From NCBI GenBank assembly GCA_963793265.1, contig CAWBZI010000007.1:256001-320000 (forward strand): DNA of 64,000 nucleotides, in the 5' to 3' direction. Shown here in pieces: positions 17,876 through 28,000 of the stretch (position 1 is the first letter of the stretch; the number at the start of each line of letters is the position of its first letter). Both the position numbers and the translations under genes were made by a program. The DNA is from an uncultured cyanobacterium (GTDB lineage Bacteria > Cyanobacteriota > Cyanobacteriia > Phormidesmidales > Phormidesmidaceae). Under the pieces are notes generated by a model that did no database searches, was not told the origin of the DNA, and worked only from the letters and a program-made list of their open reading frames with translations.

Positions 17876-18767
17876 CGCCTCTCAACTGGTTAGAAAGCGG
17901 AAGATGCGCAGCAGGAGACTTCTCCAAGTCCCAGATAAACTCATTGGGATAGCGCGTCCAAACGCCATCTGTTGACTTCCAGAGAAGCTGTATCCACAGA
18001 CGATCCCAATCTTTACCTAAGCGCACCCATAAGTCTCGCTGCTTACGCCAGCCAAACTTGTCTTCAGAGTACAGCCCCCACATAATGTCGATAGCCTGTA
18101 AGTCGATGACTGGAATCTGGCCGACCTCAGTAAAATAAACCCACTTACGCTCTACTGCATTTGCGCCTGCTAGCTCACATAGCTTTTGGTTTGTCAGTTT
18201 GTCAGCCTGTTCGTATTCTTTTTGAACCAGCAGCATTTGCAGCTCACGGTAGTCAAGATCTTTATCCGATTGAGGGCACACCAGTCCATCTGGAAAGTCT
18301 TCAATCAATGCTTTAGCAGCATCAGAGGCGCTACCCTGTAAAGCTCGAGAATATAAAACCTGATAGGCACTGCCGTGAGCAGCGGTGGGCTCGTCTGGAT
18401 TTTTCTTAGACATGCGATCGCGCACAAACGATGCCAGAGCCTCTTCGCCCTGCAACCTAAGTTCTGAAGCGCCTGATTCTGAAGCGCCTGATTCTGAAGC
18501 ACTTGACTCTGAAGCACTTGATTCTGAAGCACTTGACTCTGAAGCACCTAGTTCCGCCAGTTTCCGAATGGCTAGAAGCTGCTTTTTAAGACTATTAGAA
18601 GACAACCGCGCAACCAAAGAAGCCAGCTCACTCGCACGACCTTCTAAAGTCGAGCTATTGGTAGGTGTTTGACCGCTGTTCTGAGGAAGAGCAGAGGTCT
18701 TATCAGAGACTCTATCAGAGGCTCTATTTTCAGCGAATTGAGCAGATTCTATTGCGTTTGAAGACAT
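17826..18767 (-). CDS. gun4: GUN4 (Ycf53) Mg-chelatase cofactor
   Basis: GUN4 domain DYRELQMLL..EQADKLT..RKWVYFTEV..IDIMWGLYSEDKFG..WTRYPNEFIW..HLPLSNQLRGVR. Confidence 0.88.
   Translation of the reverse strand: MSSNAIESAQFAENRASDRVSDKTSALPQNSGQTPTNSSTLEGRASELASLVARLSSNSLKKQLLAIRKLAELGASESSASESSASESSASESGASESGASELRLQGEEALASFVRDRMSKKNPDEPTAAHGSAYQVLYSRALQGSASDAAKALIEDFPDGLVCPQSDKDLDYRELQMLLVQKEYEQADKLTNQKLCELAGANAVERKWVYFTEVGQIPVIDLQAIDIMWGLYSEDKFGWRKQRDLWVRLGKDWDRLWIQLLWKSTDGVWTRYPNEFIWDLEKSPAAHLPLSNQLRGVRTMSALLSHPAWNQS
18463..18547. repeat. In-frame 15-bp tandem repeat (about 5.7 copies) in gun4
   Basis: TCTGAAGC(G/A)C(C/T)TGA(T/C) units encode (G/S)ASES repeats on the minus strand. Confidence 0.95.
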
Positions 18768-18909
18768 GTTTTACAGATAAACATAGGCATGAAGATTGTA
18801 CTTATGAGTTAAGCAAACCACCACGCCCTATTGTCGTTTTCTTGAGGTGTCGTTAGCTGATGACTTGTCCAATAATAAAGGAATACCGCAAGCTGTGCCC
18901 GCTGCGGTA

Positions 18910-19623
18910 CTAATTGTTTTCTTTTTGAGAGCCTACAGCGGTGCTATGCGCTTCTACCTGAGGCTCTGCTGGAGGATCTGCCTGAGGCGGCTTGTGCCCA
19001 TTCTCAAAGGCGTAGCGAATAAGCTGAGAGCGGTTTTCTAGCGACAGCTTGCTCAATATATTGCTGAGATGCGTTTGAACGGTGCGTGGACTGATAAATA
19101 GGCGATCGCCTATCTTCTTATTGGTAAAGCCCTGCGTTACTTCCCAAAAAACCTTTTCTTCAGCAGGCGTCAGCGGCAAAGGCGTCCGAGGCTTTGCAGG
19201 GGCCTGATCGGCACTAGGCTGTTTTAAGGCCCGATTAATCTCTGAATAGATCCGGCTAGCTCGAGCTAACTGAGCCTCAATCTTTGCAATGAGTTCTCTG
19301 GGATGAAAAGGCTTCACCAAATAGTCGTCTGCACCAATGCTGTGCCCTTGAATCCGATCTTCTAAATCGCAGCGTCCAGAGAGAAATATGAAGGGAATAA
19401 GCTGACCGGGCTCGCTTTCTCTGACTCGGGTACACAGCTCGAAGCCGTCCATTCCGGGCATCACGACATCCGACACAATGAGATCAGGCGTGTCATTGGT
19501 AAAGCTATCGAGCCCCTCCGAACCTGAAGAGGCATTATGTACTGAAAACCCACGATCCTTTAGGTAGCGCGTCAGCGCTGCTCTAAGGGTGCTATCGTCG
19601 TCAACGATGAGAATTTTTTGCAT
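18910..19623 (-). CDS. Response regulator, NarL/LuxR family
   Basis: Receiver ILIVDDD...SDVVMPGMDG...YLVKPF; LuxR HTH LTPAEEKV..TNKKIGDRLFISPRTVQTHLSNILSKL. Confidence 0.93.
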   Translation of the reverse strand: MQKILIVDDDSTLRAALTRYLKDRGFSVHNASSGSEGLDSFTNDTPDLIVSDVVMPGMDGFELCTRVRESEPGQLIPFIFLSGRCDLEDRIQGHSIGADDYLVKPFHPRELIAKIEAQLARASRIYSEINRALKQPSADQAPAKPRTPLPLTPAEEKVFWEVTQGFTNKKIGDRLFISPRTVQTHLSNILSKLSLENRSQLIRYAFENGHKPPQADPPAEPQVEAHSTAVGSQKENN

Positions 19624-19775
19624 TCTGCCAGGGTGCTAACCAAACGAATGGACCGCAAGTAATTGCACTGGCCCGATGGTGATGTCATATAAAAACTATA
19701 TAGCGCTCTGGTCAGACCTTAGGTAATTTTCCTGTAAGGATCTAAACGGAATGCATAATTGTCTATTGCATCTGC

Positions 19776-20771
19776 CTATCGCACCCGGCGGGTTTGCTCT
19801 GGCTGAGTGAAGCTAGGTGGGGTATAGCTATTAGCGTTTGGGAAAGGGGCTGCGGGCACAGGCGCGGCGGCAGGTGCAGCAGGCTCAAGCTGTCTGAAGT
19901 TGTTTCGTGGAATGTTGTTTTGGGGGATGGCCTGATTACCGCTAAAGGGGCCTTGAGTTGGCTGCTGCGGAGGTGCGTTGAAGACAGGCAGGCTAGAGGA
20001 AGCGGGTGTTTGGTAGCCGGTGGTGCCTGGCGGCGGTGACATGTTGGTCGTCGTCGGAATGAAAGGGGTCGTGATGCCACTTGAAGACGGCGCGGGGGAG
20101 GTACTAGAGGGATTGCCGCTGCTGGAGGGAAGATTGCCTGAGAACCCGCCGCTATTAGATCCGCTGCTGTTTATACCGTTGCTGTTAGGTCGTGTGGGCT
20201 GAGAACCCGGCGTACTGCTATTGTTGGCAGGCTGAGTAGCCTCTGAGCTTGCCCTTTGACGGGCAAGTGCGTCCGCTAAGGCGCTACTTGTAACAGCGCT
20301 AGAGCCACTGGCGGGGGCGGGCGTCAGGTTAGCGCTACTGGATGGCGCAGTTGGCGTGATCGCGTTTCGGTTACCTGCGCCTGGAAACTTATACTCTTCT
20401 TCATAAGCCGCAAAAGGATTGTCACGACCTGCTAGCCCGTCGCTGGGCGTTGCACCTTCTGCTGCGCCCGCTTCTGAAGAGGCTGGATCGGTTAGACCGG
20501 CTGTTTCAGGTAGGTTTCCACGCAGCCGAGATCCTTCCATCAATACCTCTAACGTATCTATTTCAGAGAGTCTGGCTGCTTCCTCAGGCGTCAGGTTCGA
20601 CTCCGGTGCGATGTCGTCTACCTGAGCCCGGTTAAACCAGTCAGGATTGCGGTGATACTCCCACAAAAAGGCGCTGAGTAGCGCAAAGATGGTTAGCGGT
20701 GCCCATATCGCCGGAGAGCTGAGTGGCTTGAGACGGGCAGGAAGGTATCTGAGGAAAGTAGGCTTAGCCAT
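19776..20771 (-). CDS. Hypothetical membrane-anchored Ser/Pro/Thr-rich protein
   Basis: N-terminal TM (IWAPLTIFALLSAFLWEY) followed by a long low-complexity tail. Confidence 0.75.
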   Translation of the reverse strand: MAKPTFLRYLPARLKPLSSPAIWAPLTIFALLSAFLWEYHRNPDWFNRAQVDDIAPESNLTPEEAARLSEIDTLEVLMEGSRLRGNLPETAGLTDPASSEAGAAEGATPSDGLAGRDNPFAAYEEEYKFPGAGNRNAITPTAPSSSANLTPAPASGSSAVTSSALADALARQRASSEATQPANNSSTPGSQPTRPNSNGINSSGSNSGGFSGNLPSSSGNPSSTSPAPSSSGITTPFIPTTTNMSPPPGTTGYQTPASSSLPVFNAPPQQPTQGPFSGNQAIPQNNIPRNNFRQLEPAAPAAAPVPAAPFPNANSYTPPSFTQPEQTRRVR

Positions 20772-21145
20772 AAGGGTAAAAACCAGATGTATTTGATTAA
20801 ACAGTTACTTTAATGTTATCAACTTTAGCAAATTGGTTAGATGGGCCCTTTTGACTCTAAGATACCCCGCAAATTAGCCGTTTTGCGACGATGGGTCGCA
20901 ATTGCATTGTGACGGAATCTAAAGTTACTTAAAAATCTTGCTACTTAAATTATTGATAGATTCTAATGTGATTTTTCCTCTATCCAAAGAAGCATTATGC
21001 TGTGAGACTATGATTACTCATCTAATCAAATAGATTCGTTTAGATAGTGAGACAGTGGCGTATTGATCAGGGATATCAGTGATCTTGCGCACATGCTTGG
21101 ATAACTCAACAGCTGGCGGATTTGCTAGTAGCCGTCTTAATTATC

Positions 21146-21847
21146 ATGGGTTTTACATCTTTCAACGCAACTCATTCTTCTGAGCACTTTTCCGGGAGGT
21201 CTTCTGAGTACGGCGGGGTTGAAATTGACGCCATTAGAGCCGTCACCGATCGCTCAGAGTCTATCGTACTGCCGCCAATTCAATCAGAAGCTTTCATCAG
21301 TCAGCGGCACGAGGTCAACCCTGCACTAGCGCTCAATGTGCTTAAAGATATCCATGCGAAGGTCAGCACCTGGCAACTACAGCAGCGGCAGATTGTCCAG
21401 GCCATGCGAGTCCTCTATGAGCAAGGGCCAATGGTTGATGGCTGGCTGCAATCGTCAGCTCAAATGGCTTCAGCTCAGCTAACGCCTGGCTGCGTGCCTA
21501 CACCAACTGTTTTGCGACATGGAGATACCGCTGCCTTGATGCAATATATAGAGGCGATAGAGCGCGATCATGCTGAAGCGGGTTCGTCCTTGAAGAATAA
21601 GCTTCCTTTAGCTAACTCGAATGGTTCGAGCGATCGCCTCAGTCACACGCATCACTATTACCTATGTTCCCTCACGACAGAGGGGAATGTGCGATCGCAA
21701 CCCTGTCCGCCCGCGCAGATGGCGATGGTCAGCACTGCGATCGCCCGCTATCAAAAGTTCAAGCAGCTCGCCAGTCAAAAACAAACCATAGAAAGCAAGC
21801 TTCAGCAAGCCGTAGACTCGCTAACAGCAATTCGCGCGAACCTTTAG
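21146..21847 (+). CDS. Hypothetical protein (coiled-coil, cyanobacterial type)
   Basis: Long ORF with LYEQGPMVDGWL and YYLC..QPCPP..VSTAIARYQK segments; probable start at ATG 21146. Confidence 0.75.
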   Translation: MGFTSFNATHSSEHFSGRSSEYGGVEIDAIRAVTDRSESIVLPPIQSEAFISQRHEVNPALALNVLKDIHAKVSTWQLQQRQIVQAMRVLYEQGPMVDGWLQSSAQMASAQLTPGCVPTPTVLRHGDTAALMQYIEAIERDHAEAGSSLKNKLPLANSNGSSDRLSHTHHYYLCSLTTEGNVRSQPCPPAQMAMVSTAIARYQKFKQLASQKQTIESKLQQAVDSLTAIRANL

Positions 21848-21865
21848 CAGACTTAAACGTGCCGC

Positions 21866-24139
21866 TTAGCCGCCCTGAGATTCCGACCTCCACCGCCTGA
21901 TTGCCTTCTGAGTCGGTTCGTAAGCAGTCGTGCCTGCAGGCACCAAAACAGCCGCCTGAATAGCCGCGCTCTGTCTGCCTTGCGCGGCCCGAGCCTGCGC
22001 GATGCTAAAAATACTTTCGCTCCACTGGTCAGCTAAACGCTGGGCCGATTCGTATTCTGGATGCTCAATGGGGACTTCTCTGAGCTTCACAATGCCTTGC
22101 TGATAGGTGCTAGCTACGCCTAGCTTAGGAATTTTTTGAGCCTCGCTGATGATGTTACGGCTTTGCTGGCGCTGCTGCCAAAACGCAATTCTGTCCTGCG
22201 CTTTTTTATGAAATTCGGCGTTGTCGTATGGCATGACACCAGCTGCGGCGATCGCCCCATCTAAGTTGCCGCTCGTTGCTCTGCCTTCAGCAATATCCAG
22301 AATGATTTGGCTCCAGCCTTGAATATCGTTTTGAGCGGCCTCGTAGTAGGGCTCACCGGGTTGAATGAGTCTGGCTTTCGTGATCGCCTCTGTAAACTGA
22401 GAAGCCTGCGTGGGCTGAATAGCCGTCCGCGCTTCAGTCAGTACAGACGCATTCGCCTGCTGAGCCTCAGCAGCACCCGCCCTAGCGCTAGTCAGCACCG
22501 ACGAAAAAGTTTCATCTCGCAGCGATCTTGGCACTTGCTGCAAAGCAATCAGCGCTTCTGAGAACTGCCTTTGCTCTACAGCAGCTTTGGCCTGATTTAA
22601 TAAGCTCTGAGCCGCTGCCTTTTCGGCATCACTCACGGATTCGCTAGCTGATTCTTCGGCTGACTCACTAGCTGCTGGCTCATCAACAGGTTCACTTACT
22701 ACACCTGTCTTTTCGGCATCACCTTCAGCCTCCTGCACTGACTCAGCAGTTGAGGACTCAGCAGTCAAGGGTTCCGCAACAGAGGGCTCAGCGACAGAAG
22801 CCGCAGAAGGTACAACTGCTGTAGTGTCGGCATTCTCAGCAGGCGGCACCGATTCACCACCAGAGCTGGCTGCAACTGGCGTCTCTGCGCTCCTTGTCCA
22901 CCCTTCCCATGCAGTCTTTACAAACGGCTGCTTTAACAGCACTCCTCCCATCAGCACGGCCAGCGCTAGCAGGCCCCAGTTACGAAGCTTAGCCCCGCCA
23001 ATCTCACGCTGTTGAGACGTATCAACATCTACCATGCTGCGATCTGCTGAAGTAGAGTCCTTTTCCGCTTGTGGTGGCTCGATTAGAGGAGGTTCTAGGC
23101 TCAGACTAGCCGTCTGGCGACCAATATCTGGCACTGTGTCCGCCTGAGCATCTTCTTCTATATCTACGCCTCGCCCAGCGCCTATTGCGACGGGGGGTGC
23201 AATAGACAATCCGCCCGCAGCGACTGCACCAGACGAAACCGCGCCCATTCCGGCCGTGCTCGCCTTTTCTACACTCGGCTTTTCTGTACTTACTACTTTT
23301 TCTTCACCTGCGTCCGGCTCTGCTAGCTCAACGGTTGGCTCAACGGTCAAAGCCTCCGTACTTTCAACGGCCTCAGTAGCCACCGCATAGGATATCTCAG
23401 GCACTACGCTAGCAAGCTTTTGATTGTCAGGAACTAGGCTTACCGGATTTTGCACAGGTCGCCAGTGGTGATCGCAAAGTTCGGGCAGGCGCTGATTGAT
23501 AAAGTCGCTAATTTGATCGATGGTCTTACAGTCTTGATGCAAGGCTTCTAGCAAGGCTGCTGTAAATAGACCGTGACGAACGCCTAAGGTTTCGTGAGAG
23601 TACTGCTCAGGCTGACAGGAAAGCAGCGTCGCCACGTTATGCTTTTGAGCTAGATCGATGATCTGTGTGCCGATCGCCTGGCCCGACATAGCCCCTTGAG
23701 CACGATTGATATCTAAAACCAGCAAGACTTTATCGGTAGGCAAGTGGGCTAGCGTATCGATCAAACCGGCAACCGCAATACCAGTGCTCTCTATTTGCCC
23801 CGGATCGCCATCAATCGGCATTAGGTAGTCTACAGCTTGGCCATTTTCGTTTTTCACCTGCGCTCCATAGCCGCTGAAGAAAAACCACATCACATCGCCA
23901 ATACCTACTTGCTCGGCAATCGTTTGCAGCCCTTGAACGATGGCAGGCTTATCAGGATAGACGGCCTGTTGACCTGCGGACGTGCCCAAATCACTTAACA
24001 AGACGCAGTGATCTGCCGGAGTGTCCGTTTCTGCTGCGAAGAAATAATGGACAAAGCGGGCATCATCTTGCGCGTGCATAAGCGGCTGTAGATGACGGTA
24101 TTGATTGATGCCGATGGTGATGGCCCAGTAGTTAGCCAT
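21866..24139 (-). CDS. Peptidase C14 (caspase-like) protein with a substituted dyad (pseudo-orthocaspase), a TM helix and C-terminal helical repeats
   Basis: WAITIGINQY, FFFSGYG (normally FSGHG), YLMPIDGD, LVLDINR (normally LDAC), LSC and GLFTAALLEAL. Confidence 0.88.
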   Translation of the reverse strand: MANYWAITIGINQYRHLQPLMHAQDDARFVHYFFAAETDTPADHCVLLSDLGTSAGQQAVYPDKPAIVQGLQTIAEQVGIGDVMWFFFSGYGAQVKNENGQAVDYLMPIDGDPGQIESTGIAVAGLIDTLAHLPTDKVLLVLDINRAQGAMSGQAIGTQIIDLAQKHNVATLLSCQPEQYSHETLGVRHGLFTAALLEALHQDCKTIDQISDFINQRLPELCDHHWRPVQNPVSLVPDNQKLASVVPEISYAVATEAVESTEALTVEPTVELAEPDAGEEKVVSTEKPSVEKASTAGMGAVSSGAVAAGGLSIAPPVAIGAGRGVDIEEDAQADTVPDIGRQTASLSLEPPLIEPPQAEKDSTSADRSMVDVDTSQQREIGGAKLRNWGLLALAVLMGGVLLKQPFVKTAWEGWTRSAETPVAASSGGESVPPAENADTTAVVPSAASVAEPSVAEPLTAESSTAESVQEAEGDAEKTGVVSEPVDEPAASESAEESASESVSDAEKAAAQSLLNQAKAAVEQRQFSEALIALQQVPRSLRDETFSSVLTSARAGAAEAQQANASVLTEARTAIQPTQASQFTEAITKARLIQPGEPYYEAAQNDIQGWSQIILDIAEGRATSGNLDGAIAAAGVMPYDNAEFHKKAQDRIAFWQQRQQSRNIISEAQKIPKLGVASTYQQGIVKLREVPIEHPEYESAQRLADQWSESIFSIAQARAAQGRQSAAIQAAVLVPAGTTAYEPTQKAIRRWRSESQGG

Positions 24140-24400
24140 TGATCTTAAGTGTCTCCGAGACTATTAACTTTGTCGTAAACGCCGAGGGGTTAGCAGCTAG
24201 TAAACAAACGACCTATCAAATATAGACGTGTACTGATCAACAGATCCATTTTAAAAACCTACCTACACCTAGTCGATGGTTAAAAAAGCTCAGCTAAGCT
24301 ATGTACGACCCGAAAATATCATAAGGACTGCGCCTTCGTGTCGCTGACTTTTTAGACTGGTTTTTTAGCAAGTGTAGCGAGATCTTCTAAACTGGGAAAC

Positions 24401-25021
24401 TTGATAGGTAGTTCAAACACACCCGATCATCTCAAATCAAATCTAATTTCAGAACTTAAGTTCGAACATAATCGCATGTGGCCAATTCGCTATCAGGCGC
24501 GCCGTCTTAAGCGCGCTCAACTATCTCACGGTGCTTATACGTCAAACGCAGATTTGGGCGTAGATTCAGGCGCAACGCTAATGCTGCGTTCCCGCGTTCG
24601 AGCTGGCAGAAGATCCCGCTCCTGGCAGCGTTCGATTCTATCGGCCGGGTTAGCGGCGCTGCTAGGGGGTACCGGAATTTGGCTGACAGAGGCTTTGATT
24701 GCACCACAGGCTTCTCAGGCTTACACCTCACGTTTGGATTTGTTTTTGACGACCGAAGCCGGAGAAACCTACGATACCTTGCTGCGTAGAGCAGAAATGG
24801 CGGCTAGAGCTGGGGCACAGCGAAGCTTTGATCAAGACCTGCTCATCACTAACGTATCGGTCACGGTCGTAGTTGAAGGAGAAGGCGTTAGCGTGCCGAT
24901 ATTGGCGCTCAGGGTAGACCGCGATCAGTGGCGGACTCGACCCGAAACATACTACTGGGCGACGTATTACCGTGCAGCAGAGGCGCTGCTTAGATCACCT
25001 TCTGGTGCCTTAGGGTTTTAG
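24401..25021 (+). CDS. Hypothetical exported protein (start uncertain, possibly 24581)
   Basis: Signal-like segment ending SQA, then a cyanobacterial-type ETYDTLLRRAE..AQRSFDQD..W..YY domain. Confidence 0.7.
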   Translation: MIGSSNTPDHLKSNLISELKFEHNRMWPIRYQARRLKRAQLSHGAYTSNADLGVDSGATLMLRSRVRAGRRSRSWQRSILSAGLAALLGGTGIWLTEALIAPQASQAYTSRLDLFLTTEAGETYDTLLRRAEMAARAGAQRSFDQDLLITNVSVTVVVEGEGVSVPILALRVDRDQWRTRPETYYWATYYRAAEALLRSPSGALGF

Positions 25022-25031
25022 ATAAGGCTAT

Positions 25032-28000
25032 CTACCATGGGCTACCAATCATGGTAAATGCTGACCAGTAAAAGGGATGAGAAAAATCCCAAGTGCCACT
25101 TTGCTCTAGTTCGGGGATTGTGGCTAATATTTCATTGTTTACGCCATACATTTGGCCATCGCGGATACCGATGTTGCCCTGAATCATATTGATCTGGGCA
25201 GTTCGGAGGGCTTCGGCTCGAATGTCAGCACTCGGCAGACGGTCGTAAAACTGGGTCATAAAGCCTAGTGTGCCTTCGTCACTAACCGGCCATAGGCTCG
25301 CTAAGGCTGATTGAGAACCTGCGCTCACGGCAAAGCCTGCAAACCCATATTCAGAGTTGCGATCGCCCATTGCCGTGCTACAAGCGCTCAAAATAATCAA
25401 GTCGATATTGCTATCTTCGAAATTCAGTTCCTGAAGCTGAGAAAGGCCCATCCGTCGATCCCAGAGCTGAATGTAAGAATTTTCTATATCACCTGTCTCA
25501 AAAACGGCGTGCGTAGCCAGGTGAATTACGCCGTATCGCTGGCTATCGACTTTAGTTTTAAGATTTTCTAGCGTGAAGCTCTCGTTCAAAAAAGCATCTC
25601 CAAGCTGTAAGTCGTCTGAGATAAACGCAAGCTCAGCAGCAACAGCAGGCAGAGGCGGCTGGTCTGCAAACTGAGAAGCGCCCATCGCCAGTACGCGAAC
25701 CGCTTTATCAGCTTCTAAAGCAGCTTGCTCTGAAAAATTCTTTTCCAACCCAAAATCCGTCAGGCTGAAGGTGGGAAGTAAGCCCAGGCTGTACTTTTCA
25801 ACCAAAAACTTATCGCCATCGTGAAGCGCTGCTAAGGGCAGCGTGCGTAGGCCGTCGTCCATAATCATGGCCAGGTTGTTAGTACTTTTCTCCGACAGGT
25901 GAGGCTCTAACGGCGCAATCATCCACTGATATAGCTGCTGGGCCGGTTCAAGATACTGCGCAGGCGTCGAAAATTGGCTTGTAGCCTGACGGCGAAACTC
26001 AGCGGCGACCGTCTCTACTTTTTCTCGAGTAATGCCCCACTGTCGATAGCGAACCGGCTCACCATCAGCGGTGATAAGCATAACTTCTAGCTGGTCGTCA
26101 GGCTGAGGCTCGCGGTCTTTATCTGGCCGTACTGAAGCAATATCAGCAGCATCGGGCACGAAGTAAATATAAATTAGGGCTGAACGCACCCTCTGCGATT
26201 TTTCACTCACCCGATTGAGCGTGTCTTGCACCTGCGATAGGGTTGCAACTTTAGTGGGTGTTTCTCTATTTGTGAGCGATAGGTAGTTCGCAAATTGAAC
26301 CCCTGCGCTTGTCTCTATTTGATTAAACGTATTGGTGATGCTACGGCCAGTGTCGGCATTTGCTAAGACAATATCGAGACTGATGTCGCTGCGATCTTCA
26401 GAGACGGGTATGGTTGTGGCAATAGGCACTGTTACCGTGCGAGGAAGAACGTCTGGCACTTCTGTTAGAACTTCCGCAGGGCTCTCTTCGGACACCTCAG
26501 GGACTTCTGTCAAAATTTCAATATTGCCTTCAGATAAGCTGCCGTCGATACTGATGTTTGCTAAAGAAACGTCCGAGTCAGTAATCTGACCAACTGTCCC
26601 ATTCGTACCAGGCCCATCAGATGAGGCATTGCCTACGACAAAAGGTGTTTCGCCGTTACCACCGTGCCGAACTGTAATTCGACCGTTTGGCGTCGTCTCA
26701 AGGCTAGTGGCTATACCGTCTATTAAAAGGCTTTCGGTTACCAGAACGTTGCCCGCAGAGACAATGCTGATATTGCCGCCGTGTGTAATTTGAGTAGAAT
26801 TTCCAGCGCTGATGTAGCCGGTCGTAATATTGCGGGTACTTGAAAGGTCTATGTCGCCGCCTTGTGAAGTGATGTTGCCGACATTGATGTCGCCATTGGC
26901 CGCAAGCGTCAGGCTGTCAGCCTCAGATACATTAATGTCATTAGCGGTAATTGTATTGCCGCTGAGGGTAAGCGCGGTGTTTGTGGTTAAGTTGTCTGTG
27001 TTGATAGCGATCACACCGCCCGAAGAACTACCGATCTCGATTTCATCGAAGCCGGTGATCGCTGCATACTCAGCATCTGTCAAATTAAACCGACCGGGCA
27101 AATCATCTCCACCAATCTGAATAATGTCATCTGAGGCCGTCTCCCCAAACAGTCTCAAAGTGCCGCCGTCGCCTGATACCTCGTGGGCCTCTAAATCAAT
27201 GTCTTCGCCTGTAAAAATTAGGCTGCCTGAGCCACCTATGATACGTTCGGTGATCTGAGCATTAGCGTTTGCAAAGTGAATAGTATCGTTACCGCTACCG
27301 CCTGCTAAGGTGCCTATCCCAGTAAAACGAAGCCCATTGGCTTCTGAGGGGACGTTCGCTTGGGCGTTAGAGAGAGTGCCGCCGTTTGCCCCTGTTATTG
27401 TCCATAGTGTATCTACATCAGGCCCTACTAATGTTGCATCTTCATTGCCCAGCAGCGTAATGCGAGAGAGTTCATCAGTCTCAGATAATAGGGGATCTTC
27501 AAGTACGGTGATGGTGCCTGTGCCTAAACTACTGCCAATGTTCACTTGGCCAATGGTGGAATCTAAAGCGGCTAAATCTGCACCAGAAACGACCAATGTG
27601 TTGCTGTTTTGAGTGCTGCTGTCGGCTGATACACTGCCAACCTGAATGTTTGTATTTTCATCACTTGGCTGAATGGTGATAGTGGCAGCGCGAACTGAGT
27701 TAGCCTGGCCTAAGTTAATACCGTTACTAATAAGCTTAATATCGCCCCGGCCCGCATTAAGACCTTGAGCACTGATAAAGTTCGCGCTTTGGAGTTGAAT
27801 AGTGCCGTCCGTAGGAAAGCTTTCAGATGCGCTCACATCAATACCACCTACAACAACTTTGCTCTCAGCATTCGCCGCAAGGTTTCCAGCCGCGATTTCA
27901 ACGGTTCCACCTGACACTCGAATAGTATCTTCGAGATCGCTGGCAATGAAGCTTCCCTCATCGTTATCTGAGTCAGCTTGAAAAGTAACGTGGCTACCGG

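Noticed and set aside
18910..19623. Assigning the symbol ycf29/rre1
   Set aside because: The HTH sequence differs from the Rre1 pattern as I recall it, so it is left as a generic NarL-family regulator.
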